DNA from: Planctomycetota bacterium
GTDB lineage: Bacteria > Planctomycetota > UBA1135 > UBA2386
NCBI GenBank assembly: GCA_965223545.1
Contig: OZ245006.1
Coordinates: 7,840,001-7,904,000 of the forward strand
Direction: 5' to 3'
Length of the DNA stretch: 64,000 nucleotides
The notes under the pieces were generated by a model. That model ran no database searches and was not told where the DNA came from. It saw only the letters and a list, made by a program, of their open reading frames with translations. Positions within the stretch are counted from its first letter, which is position 1, and the number at the start of each line of letters is the position of its first letter. Made by a program: the position numbers and the translations under genes. Of this stretch, positions 42,722 to 52,741 are shown one piece after another.

Positions 42722-45124
42722 ATGCGCACCCTCGCTCTCGTCACCTGTCTGCTCGTTCTCGCTCCCGCCGCCGTCGCCCAGAAGACGTTCGCCTACCACG
42801 GCGCCGACGGCGACACGCACCAAGGACACTTCGACACGATGTCGGCGAGCGGCTACCGCATGATCGCGTTCACCAGCTACGGAACGGTCGCCAGCCCTCG
42901 CTACGCCGCGGTGTGGATCCAGCGACGTGGCCCCGCGTTCGTCGGTTTCCACGGCCTCGACGGGAACGCGTATCAGCAGCTGTTGGACGACAACGCGCAG
43001 ACGCACACGCCGCGACTGCTCTCCGCGGTCGGCTCGGCCAGCGACGCGCGGTTCAGCGGAGTGCTGGAGGTCGCCAAGCACGGCATCCGCGCCCGGCACG
43101 GCATCGACTTTGCCGAGCTCGAGCAGGAGATCGAAGCCGCCGCCGCACTGCGTTGGCGGATGACGACTGTCGACGCCTACGGCGACGCGCAGGATACCCG
43201 CTACGTGGTCGCCTTCGAGCCCAACGACACCGACAAGTACGGCTGGGGCATCTACGGCGCCGACAGCGGGACCGAGCACAACGCGCAGTTCGCTGCGATG
43301 GCAGCGGGCTACGCCCGCGCCGTCAACGTCGCCATGAACCACGATGGCTCGCACTTCATCACGTTGTGGTACGACACCGACGTCGGCCCTTGGGCCGCGC
43401 ACAGCGGCATGTCGGCTTCCGAGTACGACAGCAAGGTGCAGAGCTACGCCAGGGCCGGCTGGTATCCCATCAACGTGCACGCGGCCGGCGGCGGATCGAA
43501 GACCGAATTCGCCGCGATCTTCGCCGCCACCGACGTGCCCAAGCAGAGACAGTGGTCGGAGACGGGACCGTTCGTACCGGAGCTGGTCGCGTTCGACGAT
43601 TGGGCGAAGGACTTCCTGCAGGGCGCCGGCGTGCGTTCGGGCATGCTGTGCGTGGTCAAGGACCAGCGGCTGGTGCTCGCCCGCGCCTACACCTGGGCGG
43701 AGGCGGGCTATCCGCAGGCGCAGCCCGACAGCCTGTTCCGCATCGCATCGCTGAGCAAACCACTCACCAGCATCGCCATCCACCAAGAGATGCAGCAGGC
43801 GCCGCAGACCTTCGGCTACGCCACGCCGATGGCGGGCTTGTTCGGCAATCCCGTGTTCGCCGACCCGCGCAGCAACGCGATCACGATGCGTCATTTGCTG
43901 ACGCACCAGGCGGGCTTCGACAGCTCGGCCAGCTTGGAACCGATGTTCGCCGACACCACCATTGCCAGCGCGCTCGGCGTCGCGCTGCCGGTCAACCCCG
44001 ACCAGATCCGCACCTACATGCAGGGCCAACCCCTCGACTACACACCGGGAACGGCGACCGTGTACTCGAACTACGGCTTCAGCCTGCTGGGCCGAGTGCT
44101 CGAGGCGCTGCACCCCGGCCAGAGCTACGAGCAGGTCCTGCAGGCGCAGCTGTTCGCGCCGCTCGGCATCACCCGGGCGGTGCTCGGCGGCTCGACCGTG
44201 GCGCAGATCCTGCCGGGCGAGGTGCGCTACCACCCGCGCCGCCTGCGCACCGCGCAGAGCGTCGTCGACCCGCAGCAGGGTTGGGTGCCCCTCCGCTACG
44301 GTGGTTGGAATCACGCCAACCTCGATGCGCACGGCGGCTGGGTGCTCGCGGCGCCGGACTACGCCAAGGTGCTCGCTTCGTTCGACCTCGGTGCGCAGAA
44401 CCCGATTCTCGGCGCCGCGCTCACGCAGAGCATGTGGACCAGCGAGCCGGGTGGCTTCGCCAAAGGTTGGTTCGAAGTCGACGTCAGCGCGCCGGCCGGC
44501 GGCACGATGAAGATGTTCGCGCATACCGGTGGCCTCGGCGGGTCGGTGTCGTTCGCCGGACGGCGGGAGGACGGGGTGTCGTTCGTGTTCTTCACCAACG
44601 GCAGCGACGACTGCCGCACCATCAGCGGCGACGCGCTGAGCGTCGTGGCCAACAGCATCCCGGCTTGGCCGGCGCACGACCTGTTCCCGCAGTTCGGCTT
44701 GCCCGCATTCAAGCACACGCCGGGTTCGATCAAGTCGTTCGGCCAGGCGTGCCCCGGCTCCAACGGCACGCCGGGCCTCAGCTACATCGGCGTGGCCGAG
44801 ACCGGCGCGCAGCTGTCCATGGTGCTCACCAGCGCGCCGCCGGCGACCACCGCCTACTTCCTGCTCGGCAACCAGGTGAGCATCAGCCTGGCGCCCTGGT
44901 TCGCGCCGCTGTGCACGCTCTACTCGATGCCGGTGCTCACGCTGCCGGTGCCAACGTCCGGCGTGGGCACGGCCGTCGCCCCGCTCACGCTGCCGTCCTC
45001 GTCGAGTTTCATCGGCGCGCGTTGGGCGGCGCAGTACCTGATCTTGGACCCGGCGGCGAGCTCCGCGGGCCTGTCCGCGACCAACGGCCTCGACTTGCGC
45101 ATCGGTGGTTGGAGCGGGATGTAG
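42722..45124 (+). CDS. Secreted serine hydrolase with tandem YAAVW-type repeats and C-terminal domain
   Basis: Intact SLSK, YSN and HTG motifs; N-terminal repeats. Confidence 0.9.
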   Translation: MRTLALVTCLLVLAPAAVAQKTFAYHGADGDTHQGHFDTMSASGYRMIAFTSYGTVASPRYAAVWIQRRGPAFVGFHGLDGNAYQQLLDDNAQTHTPRLLSAVGSASDARFSGVLEVAKHGIRARHGIDFAELEQEIEAAAALRWRMTTVDAYGDAQDTRYVVAFEPNDTDKYGWGIYGADSGTEHNAQFAAMAAGYARAVNVAMNHDGSHFITLWYDTDVGPWAAHSGMSASEYDSKVQSYARAGWYPINVHAAGGGSKTEFAAIFAATDVPKQRQWSETGPFVPELVAFDDWAKDFLQGAGVRSGMLCVVKDQRLVLARAYTWAEAGYPQAQPDSLFRIASLSKPLTSIAIHQEMQQAPQTFGYATPMAGLFGNPVFADPRSNAITMRHLLTHQAGFDSSASLEPMFADTTIASALGVALPVNPDQIRTYMQGQPLDYTPGTATVYSNYGFSLLGRVLEALHPGQSYEQVLQAQLFAPLGITRAVLGGSTVAQILPGEVRYHPRRLRTAQSVVDPQQGWVPLRYGGWNHANLDAHGGWVLAAPDYAKVLASFDLGAQNPILGAALTQSMWTSEPGGFAKGWFEVDVSAPAGGTMKMFAHTGGLGGSVSFAGRREDGVSFVFFTNGSDDCRTISGDALSVVANSIPAWPAHDLFPQFGLPAFKHTPGSIKSFGQACPGSNGTPGLSYIGVAETGAQLSMVLTSAPPATTAYFLLGNQVSISLAPWFAPLCTLYSMPVLTLPVPTSGVGTAVAPLTLPSSSSFIGARWAAQYLILDPAASSAGLSATNGLDLRIGGWSGM

Positions 45125-45221
45125 CGCAGTCCCGCCGATGGCGCGTTGACGTCGCCGGCTGATCCGGTGATCCTGAAGCCGACGGATCGTCAGCAGCTTG
45201 CGCAACGGATCAGAACGTCTC

Positions 45222-47456
45222 ATGCAACTCGGGCGCGCGGCGGTCTGGATGCCGGTCGTGCTGCTCGCGTTGATGGCGGTCGGGGCGTGGTTGTCGTGGT
45301 GGTCCGGGCCGCCGGTCGCGCCGCTGTTCGAGTTGCCCGCCGAGGCGCCGTCGGGCTCGACCCGTGCTCTGATCGGCCCGCTGCCGGAGCCAGAGGCGGG
45401 GGCGCCGCGGGATCCCGTGGTCGCGCTCACGCCGCGGCTCACCGTTACCGGCCGCGTGCTGTACGCGCGGGCGCGCACGCCGGTGACCGGTGCTGTCGTC
45501 GAGCTGGCCCCTCGCCCGACCCCATCCCGGCTCCTTGCCAGTCGAGTCGTCGCGACCGCGCGCCCTGACGCGGACGGTACGTTCCATCTGGACGTTCCGA
45601 CCAACACCGACCATCGCTACGACCTGTGCGTCACGGTTGACGGGGTGCGCTACCGGCACGACATTCCACCCCAAACCGCCGGTGACGCTGACTACGACGC
45701 CGGTGCGCTGGTGGTAGGGAGCGCGTTCACGGTCGCGGGGTCAGTGCTCGCTGCCGACGGCCGCGCGGTCCCGGGCGTCCGCTTTCGGCTCGTGCGCCGG
45801 CAGTCGGCGGCGTTTGCGCGGGAGGACTTCGATCAGCGCGGGATGGTGCAGATCACCGCCAATGGTGCCGGCGGCTTCGTCACGCCGACGCCGTTGACCG
45901 AGGGGACCTGGCACGTCACTGGGGACGACTGCGAGATCGTGCGGGCACCTCCGATCCGCATCGACTCCGGTGGTGTGGTGCCGGCAGGGGAGATTACGGT
46001 CGTGGTCGAGATGCCGGCGCTGATTCTCGGGCGCGTGACGAGCGTCGAGGGCGTGGGGCTCGGCGGCATGCAGGTCCTGGCCAGCGCGGGGGCGCGCCAC
46101 CGCCAGGCGGTGAGCGCCGCCAACGGGGAGTTCGAGCTGCGCTGGCCGGGCAGTGGACCGATCTCGTCGATCGAAGTGACCGACCCTCGCGGGGAGTATC
46201 CGCGAACCCTGCGCACCGGTGCGTGGACGGTCGAGGACGCGCCGCTCCGCATCGTGCTGGAGCGGGGGGGGACCGTGGCCATCGCGGTGGTCGATGGGCG
46301 GACCGGGGCTGGCATTGCTGGTTGCCGGGTCAAAGTGCTGCGAAGCGCCGGAGCCAGGGCCCGCGCTACCGACCAATCCGTGGCGACCACGGGGGCCGAG
46401 GGGGTCGTCGTCGTCGACCGACTCGCCGGCGCCGAGGTCTTGGTGGCGGTCGGGGCGGCCGGCACTGGGTTCGCCGACTCTGGGCTTGTACGCGTCCGCA
46501 CGGATGCCGGCAGCGCGCGCATCGCACTCTCGCGCCCGCGCCACAGGATCACGGTGATCGATGACGAGGGCCGGCCGGTCGCGGGGGCGGGAATCACGGT
46601 GTGCCAGCCGTTGGCGAGCCTCGGCTTGCCGGGCAAGGGAATTCATGGTGCGCTGACCTTCGATACGCTGACACCGGTGGCCACTGGCCTGCACCGCCAG
46701 CTGCAGGTCGCAGCAGGGCGCACCGGCGAGAGCGGCGAGATCGTGGTCGGCGATGCCGGCGGGCGCGGGCTGGTGTTGCAAGTCCACGCCCCGGGGTGCG
46801 GATTGGTGCGGGTGGATCCGTGGCAGCCGGTGCCTGGCAGAACCACGATCGTGCGGCTGTCGCCCTCGGGGCGGATCCTGGGCAGGATCCGCGATTGGTC
46901 GGGCGCTTCGTCGCGAGCGCGCGTCGTCGCTTTCGACGGCGACCGGTGGGTGCCGGCCTTCGAGGGACCGCAATGGGAGGTGAAGCCGGACGGAGCGTTC
47001 GAATGCCGTGGGCTCAACCAGGGTGAGTGGGAGCTGTGGCTGGTGGTCGAGCCGCAGCACGGCTTGACCGGTGAGGTCCGCTTGCGCGCCGCATCGGTGG
47101 AGGTGCGCAGCGGGCAGGTCCACCGCACCGAAATCGAACTCCCCCCGGCCCTGCGGTGGCAAGAGGTCATGATGACGGTGTCAGTGGATGGAGCTCCGTT
47201 TTGGGGGCGCATGATGCTCGCCAAGATCGACGCCGCGCAGCCGGGTCGTCCGATCCTTGGTCGGGTCGGCCCGCTCTGGACCACGCGCCAAGGGACCCTC
47301 ACCGCAACCCTGTTGCCGGGCGCGTACGTCGCGACTCTGCACGGTGCGGGCGACGCCGCGCCGCTCCGGGTGAGCCAAGTCTACGAGGTCGGCGCCGCGA
47401 CGGGCTCGATTCGCATCGAGGCCGCGGCCGACGAGGCGGGCGGTAGGCGCGAGTAG
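45222..47456 (+). CDS. Membrane-anchored protein with carboxypeptidase-regulatory-like beta-sandwich repeats
   Basis: Repeated GRV..G.PV.GA and DG.F motifs. Confidence 0.8.
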   Translation: MQLGRAAVWMPVVLLALMAVGAWLSWWSGPPVAPLFELPAEAPSGSTRALIGPLPEPEAGAPRDPVVALTPRLTVTGRVLYARARTPVTGAVVELAPRPTPSRLLASRVVATARPDADGTFHLDVPTNTDHRYDLCVTVDGVRYRHDIPPQTAGDADYDAGALVVGSAFTVAGSVLAADGRAVPGVRFRLVRRQSAAFAREDFDQRGMVQITANGAGGFVTPTPLTEGTWHVTGDDCEIVRAPPIRIDSGGVVPAGEITVVVEMPALILGRVTSVEGVGLGGMQVLASAGARHRQAVSAANGEFELRWPGSGPISSIEVTDPRGEYPRTLRTGAWTVEDAPLRIVLERGGTVAIAVVDGRTGAGIAGCRVKVLRSAGARARATDQSVATTGAEGVVVVDRLAGAEVLVAVGAAGTGFADSGLVRVRTDAGSARIALSRPRHRITVIDDEGRPVAGAGITVCQPLASLGLPGKGIHGALTFDTLTPVATGLHRQLQVAAGRTGESGEIVVGDAGGRGLVLQVHAPGCGLVRVDPWQPVPGRTTIVRLSPSGRILGRIRDWSGASSRARVVAFDGDRWVPAFEGPQWEVKPDGAFECRGLNQGEWELWLVVEPQHGLTGEVRLRAASVEVRSGQVHRTEIELPPALRWQEVMMTVSVDGAPFWGRMMLAKIDAAQPGRPILGRVGPLWTTRQGTLTATLLPGAYVATLHGAGDAAPLRVSQVYEVGAATGSIRIEAAADEAGGRRE

Positions 47457-47465
47457 CGAGGACTC

Positions 47466-48089
47466 ATGCGGCGCTCGGTCACCGTGGTCTTGATCTTCGT
47501 GGCGGCGTCGGCAGTGTCGTTCGTGTGGCTCGCCGGCGCGCTCGAGCGGGCGCTGGCCGGCGGCGACGTGGTGGCGTGGTTGCGCCAGCAGCGGGGCGAC
47601 GCCTGGTGGGTCGGCGGTGGCCTGCTGGTGTCGGACCTGCTGTTGCCGGTGCCGACCAGCGCGGTGCTGACGGCGTTGGGGGTCGTCTACGGTGCGTTTT
47701 GGGGCGGGGTGGTCGGCGCTGCCGGCAGCTTCGCCGCGGCGGCGACCGGCTACTGGCTGTGCCGCGCGGTCGGCGAGCGCGGCGCGCGCTGGCTGCTCGG
47801 CGCGGATGACCTCGGGCGGGCGCAGGCCTTCTTCGCGGGCCGGGGAGCGCTGCTGGTCGCCGGCTCGCGGTGGGTGCCGGTGCTGCCCGAGCTGCTGGCC
47901 TGCGCCGCGGGCCTGGCGGGGATGCGCTGGTCGCGCTTCGCGCTCGCATCGCTGTGTGGATGCGTGCCGCTGGGCTTCGCCTGGGCAGGAGTCGGCGCGT
48001 GGGGTCGCGATGCCCCCGGCTGGGCCCTCGCCCTCTCGATCGTCGTGCCGCTGGCCCTGTGGTACGCCGTCTCCCGGCGCGTCCGGTGA
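47466..48089 (+). CDS. DedA/VTT family membrane protein
   Basis: LLPVP, GYWLCR and SRWVPVLPE..AG motifs. Confidence 0.88.
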   Translation: MRRSVTVVLIFVAASAVSFVWLAGALERALAGGDVVAWLRQQRGDAWWVGGGLLVSDLLLPVPTSAVLTALGVVYGAFWGGVVGAAGSFAAAATGYWLCRAVGERGARWLLGADDLGRAQAFFAGRGALLVAGSRWVPVLPELLACAAGLAGMRWSRFALASLCGCVPLGFAWAGVGAWGRDAPGWALALSIVVPLALWYAVSRRVR

Positions 48090-48229
48090 GCGATGGCCAA
48101 GCGCCGTCGTCATGGCGGCGTCGCCGCCGGGGCGGTTCTGTCGGCGCCCGAAACATCGCCGACCGGCGCTCAGCCCATACCCCGCGGCGGCCGAAAGGAA
48201 CCATGGACTGCAGTCCGGGCTTCCTTGCA

Positions 48230-48610
48230 ATGACCACACCCAACGAACCGACACAGCCGCGGCGGGCCGAGCGGCACGCCGCCGAGTTGATCTTCGCCGC
48301 CATCACCGAGCCGGGGACCGCGACCGAGGGCACCCGCGATCAGGCCTTCGGCGTCGTGCTCGACGTCAGCGAGGGCGGCATGCGACTGGCGACGCCGCAG
48401 CCACCGAAGGCCAAGCGACGCGTTCAGGTGCGGGTGGCGATCGAGGAGCAGATCTTCGCCATCGAGGCGAACGTGCGCTGGGTCAAGCAAGTGCGCGTCC
48501 GCACCTACGAGGTCGGTCTGCGCTTCGACGCCGAGGACTTCGGCAAGGCCGAGTTCTTGGCCGACTTCATGGCGCGGGTGGCGACCGAGCAGCTCAGCGC
48601 TGTCGACTGA
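48230..48610 (+). CDS. Stand-alone PilZ domain protein
   Basis: RRAER and DVSEGG motifs. Confidence 0.88.
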   Translation: MTTPNEPTQPRRAERHAAELIFAAITEPGTATEGTRDQAFGVVLDVSEGGMRLATPQPPKAKRRVQVRVAIEEQIFAIEANVRWVKQVRVRTYEVGLRFDAEDFGKAEFLADFMARVATEQLSAVD

Positions 48611-48651
48611 CGCGCGCTGCCGACTGACGCGTGGCCGCGAGGGCCTGAGCG

Positions 48652-49971
48652 TCAGCGAGGTTGGGCGAGCGCGGCGTCGAGCACCGGGTCCCGCCCGGCG
48701 AAGTAGTCCGCCGCCGACAGCGCGACGGGCACGTGCGGAGCGTGCTCCAAGCGCGCGTCCCGCGGGCTCTTCTCGTGATAGCGGGTCGCGATCCGGACGG
48801 TGATCGCGGGAGAGTGCGGCAGTTGGACCGAACGGGCGTCGCCGTACTGGTTGGGCGCGCCTCCCGGCGCTTCGCCGATCAGGGTGACGTGGTCGATCGA
48901 GCGCTCGGCCTCGGTGACGAAGTTGCCCGCCGCGGAGAACGTGGCACGCCCGGTCAGCAGCATGAGGTGGCCGGCGGCGTTGATGCGGGGGTGATCGCGC
49001 AGCATGCGCAGCAGGGGGCGATAGGTCGTGTTGCTCCCGCCGCCGTTGTTGCGCAAGTCGATGATGACGCGCCGCTCCGGTGTCTCGCCGGCAAGCGCGG
49101 CCAGGCTGCGGGCGAAGGCCGCGATCGACACGCCGCCGGCGGCGCGCGCTTGCATCGCGTGATACTGGACGTAGACCGCGTCGTGCTCGGCCAGCAGCTC
49201 CATGCGCAGCGGTATTTCGCGGTGGCGCAGCCAGCGCACGGTGTCGTCCGGCGGCAGCATGAACGGCATGTGCGGCATCGCGGCGCGCGCCGCCGAGCTC
49301 GCGATCCGCGGCCACCGGCTGGTGCGTTCCGCCCCCGTCGCGGGGTCGCGCAGTCTTGCGGTGACCTCGGACTCGCGCTGACTGCAGCCGGTCGCGGCCA
49401 GCAGCTCCGGTATGTGGGTCAAGAACAAGCGGCGGACGCGGTGGTTGGTGGGGTTGTCCGCCGGCACCAGCGGTGCGAGGGCGGCGAGAATCTCCGCTGG
49501 CGCCCGGCCGTCGATGGCGAGCAGCTGCCAGCCGCGGTCGCCGGCGCGGTCGTCGTCGGTATCGACGACGTAGATCCCCTCGGGAAACTCGTACAGCTGC
49601 ACCGGTAGGCGACCGTGATCGCGGTGGCGCACACCGCTGTGTCCTTCGCCGCCGGCGGCGCCGAGCAGGGCCACCAGCCGCATCAAACGCAGCAGCATCT
49701 CGGTGTCGGTCGTCGCCTCGATGTCCTCGGCAGCCGACGCCAAGGCCGCGTCGAAGACGTCGCGGTCGACGCCGTGGAACGGATTCGGGTGCAACGCGAG
49801 CAACTGCTCGCGCACGAACCGCAGGTCCGCGCGCCAGCCGTCGGTGCGCGATCGTTCCATGGCGCGCGGCGCTTCGCTCGGCGGCGGTTGTTGCGCGCGG
49901 GCGCACGCGCCGGTGGCCAGTCCGATGGCGATCAGGATGGAGATCGCTTTCGCGGGGTGAGTCGCGTCCAT
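48652..49971 (-). CDS. S41 peptidase-like exported protein
   Basis: IIDLRNNGGG, TFSAA and IGE..GG motifs. Confidence 0.82.
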   Translation of the reverse strand: MDATHPAKAISILIAIGLATGACARAQQPPPSEAPRAMERSRTDGWRADLRFVREQLLALHPNPFHGVDRDVFDAALASAAEDIEATTDTEMLLRLMRLVALLGAAGGEGHSGVRHRDHGRLPVQLYEFPEGIYVVDTDDDRAGDRGWQLLAIDGRAPAEILAALAPLVPADNPTNHRVRRLFLTHIPELLAATGCSQRESEVTARLRDPATGAERTSRWPRIASSAARAAMPHMPFMLPPDDTVRWLRHREIPLRMELLAEHDAVYVQYHAMQARAAGGVSIAAFARSLAALAGETPERRVIIDLRNNGGGSNTTYRPLLRMLRDHPRINAAGHLMLLTGRATFSAAGNFVTEAERSIDHVTLIGEAPGGAPNQYGDARSVQLPHSPAITVRIATRYHEKSPRDARLEHAPHVPVALSAADYFAGRDPVLDAALAQPR

Positions 49972-50035
49972 TGGCCCTCGATGGTAGCGGTCCGGCGCGC
50001 TGTCGCTGGTTGGGGGCCTCGGTTACCGTGGCGCG

Positions 50036-51184
50036 ATGGTTCAGCCCGAGAGCCCCCTTGGCGGTGTCGGCAAAGACGCCTCACTGCGGGCGAGCGTCGT
50101 GGAGTTTGATCCAGCAGTGCCGATCGAGCGGGCGTCGATGCCGCCCTCACAATGGTACACCTCCGCCGCGATCGAAGAGCTGGAGCGCACCGCGGTGTGG
50201 CCGCGGTGCTGGCAGCCGGTGGTGCGCCGCTCGCAGGTGGCCGAACCCGGCACCCACGCGAGCGGTTGTTTCGCGGGCGAGCTGTGGGTGGTGACGCGCG
50301 ACGCCGAGGGTGCGTTGCGCGCGTTCCACAACACCTGCCGGCACAAGGGGCGGGAGGTCGTGACCGGCCATGGCAAAGCCGAGGCGCTGGTCTGTGGCTA
50401 CCACGGCTGGCGCTACGGCCTCGATGGCCGGTTGCAGCACGCGCCGCGGATGACCGGGGTGCGCGGGTTCGACCGAGCAGCGACGCGCTTGCCGGCGATG
50501 GCGTGCGCCGAGTGGGGGGCGTGGGTGTGGGTCTGCGCCGACCCCGACGCGCCGCCCCCACATGAGGCGCTCGGGCCGGCCGGGGAGGCGTTGGAGCAGC
50601 GCGGCTTCGAGGCGCTGCGCTACGTCGACACCGTGGAATGGGAGATCGGCTGCAACTGGAAGGTGTACGTCGACAACTATCTCGACGGCGGCTACCACAT
50701 CCCGCACATGCACCCCAGCCTGGCGGCGCAGATCGAGATGGCCGCCTACGCCACGCAGGTGTTCGACCGCAGCTCGCTGCAGACGGCCCCGGCGACCGCG
50801 GACCGGGCGGGCGGCGAGCTGGCCTACGACCCGGCGGCGCGGATCGGCGCCGGCGCGTTGTACGCGTGGCTCTACCCCAACTTCATGCTCAACCGCTACG
50901 GGCCCTGTCTGGACACCAACCTCGTGGTGCCACTGGGGCCGGATCGGTGCCGGGTGGTCTACGAGTTCTACTTCGAAGGCGAGCCGAGCCCGGAGTTCGT
51001 CGCCCAGAGCCTGGAGCAGGCCGCCGTCACCCAGCGCGAGGACATCGAGATCTGCGAGTCGGTACAACGCGGGCTGCGCTCCCGCGGCTACGACCGCGGC
51101 CGCTACGCGCCGGCGGTGGAAGTCGGCGAGCACCACTTCCATTTGTTGTTGGCGGCGGACCTGCGTGCAGAACTCGGGCTCTAG
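50036..51184 (+). CDS. Rieske oxygenase alpha subunit (choline monooxygenase-like)
   Basis: CRH..CGYH, NWK..DNYLDGGYHIPHMH, EDIEICE.VQ. Confidence 0.92.
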   Translation: MVQPESPLGGVGKDASLRASVVEFDPAVPIERASMPPSQWYTSAAIEELERTAVWPRCWQPVVRRSQVAEPGTHASGCFAGELWVVTRDAEGALRAFHNTCRHKGREVVTGHGKAEALVCGYHGWRYGLDGRLQHAPRMTGVRGFDRAATRLPAMACAEWGAWVWVCADPDAPPPHEALGPAGEALEQRGFEALRYVDTVEWEIGCNWKVYVDNYLDGGYHIPHMHPSLAAQIEMAAYATQVFDRSSLQTAPATADRAGGELAYDPAARIGAGALYAWLYPNFMLNRYGPCLDTNLVVPLGPDRCRVVYEFYFEGEPSPEFVAQSLEQAAVTQREDIEICESVQRGLRSRGYDRGRYAPAVEVGEHHFHLLLAADLRAELGL

Positions 51185-51212
51185 TCGCCAGGTCGTCGGT
51201 GCGCGAGGTGCC

Positions 51213-52739
51213 TCAGGAATCGCCCAACGCCGCGCGCGCGCCCAGTACCCCGGCGCCGCCGGCGAACGGACCGCCAGGGTGGCTGCCGGCGCCGCACGAG
51301 TAGAGGCCGGCGACCGGGGTCGCGTAGCGGCTGAGGGCCAGGGCGGGCCGCTGCAGCAGCAGCTGGTCCAACGCCAGCTCGCCGCGGTAGAGGTGGCCGC
51401 CGCGGAGTCCGTAGCGGGTCTCGAGATCGGCGGGTGTGAGCAGCTGCTCGGCGTGCACCAGAGTGGTCGTGCCGGGGACAGCGGCATCGAGCGCCGCAAC
51501 GATGCGGCGGCGTAGATCGGCGCGCGCGGCGTCGTCCCAACCGCCGCGCAGCGCGTGGCTGATGCCGTGCACGTGCACCGAGAGGGTGCCCGCCCCCGCC
51601 GGAGCGCAGCCGGGGTCGCTGCGGTGCCAGAGGCGCACGTCGAGCCACGGCGCGGCGCAGAGCTCGCCGTACTTGAGCGCGTCGGCGGCGCGCTCCAAGG
51701 TCTCGGGGTCGGTGGCGGTGACGAAGCGGTGGACGTCGCCGGGCAGTCGGTCGAGGTCGCCGCGCAGTGCCAGCAGCAGAACGGCCGAGCTACCGCGGGC
51801 GCGGAGGTGGTGCAGCTCGGTCTCCACCGGTCGCGGCAGCAGACCCGCCGGCAGCAGGTCGAGGAGGGTGTGCTGCGGGTCGAGCGCTGACAGCACCAGG
51901 GGCGCGGCCAGCTCGGTGCCGTCGCGCAGCGCGACCCCGGCCACCGCGGGAGTGGAGCCGGCCACGGTGGTGATGCGCGCCGCCTCGGCCTCCAGCAGAA
52001 AGCGGACGCCGAGGGTTCGGCAGCGCTGCTCCAGGGCGGCGCACACGGCTGCGGGGCCACCGACCGGTTCGTCGCCGCGCGCGGCCTCGCGCAGCAAGAG
52101 CAGTGCGGTGGTGCCCGCGGCGCGCGGGCCGACGACGGTGCCACAGAGAGCGGGTGCGCACAAGCCGGCGCGCAGCGCTGGATCGGCGAACCACTCGCCC
52201 AGCCAGTCGTGTGCGGGCAGGTTGGCGATCCGCAAGAGCTCGTGCAGGTCGCGCTTTCCCAGCCGGCGCAGTGCCCAGCCGCGTCGCGCCAGGCCCAGCG
52301 CGTCGCGCCAACCCAGCTGCTCGGTCATCGGTGGGGGACTGTCGAGCAGGTCGGCAACGACGTGGGTCAGGCGGTCGATGGATGCCCGCCATCGTTCGTA
52401 CGCCGCGGCGTCGGCCCCGGTGCCACCGGCATCGCGCGACAGCGCGGTGCGGACATCGCCCTCGGCGACCACGTGCAGCGCGCCGCGGTCCGCGCGCCAG
52501 GAGACGTCGTGTTCACCCAACGCCGTCGCCAGCAGTCCGCGGCGCAGCAGCCCGGGATCGTGCAGCAGGCCCGGCACCACGTGCCCGTCGGCAAGGGGCA
52601 CGGCCGCCGCGATCCCGCCCGTCTGCGGCGCGCCGTCCACGACGGTGACCTCGGCTCCTCCGCCGGCAAGCGTCGCTGCCGCCGCCAAGCCGTCGAGATC
52701 GGCCCCCAGCACCACCGCGCGTCGCTGGCCGTCGGCCAT
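51213..52739 (-). CDS. Phytoene desaturase-family FAD oxidoreductase with degenerate Rossmann motif
   Basis: VVLGADLDGL; TPADLE..GG, GLYSCGAGSHPGG; ATG at 52739. Confidence 0.85.
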   Translation of the reverse strand: MADGQRRAVVLGADLDGLAAAATLAGGGAEVTVVDGAPQTGGIAAAVPLADGHVVPGLLHDPGLLRRGLLATALGEHDVSWRADRGALHVVAEGDVRTALSRDAGGTGADAAAYERWRASIDRLTHVVADLLDSPPPMTEQLGWRDALGLARRGWALRRLGKRDLHELLRIANLPAHDWLGEWFADPALRAGLCAPALCGTVVGPRAAGTTALLLLREAARGDEPVGGPAAVCAALEQRCRTLGVRFLLEAEAARITTVAGSTPAVAGVALRDGTELAAPLVLSALDPQHTLLDLLPAGLLPRPVETELHHLRARGSSAVLLLALRGDLDRLPGDVHRFVTATDPETLERAADALKYGELCAAPWLDVRLWHRSDPGCAPAGAGTLSVHVHGISHALRGGWDDAARADLRRRIVAALDAAVPGTTTLVHAEQLLTPADLETRYGLRGGHLYRGELALDQLLLQRPALALSRYATPVAGLYSCGAGSHPGGPFAGGAGVLGARAALGDS

Positions 52740-52741
52740 CG

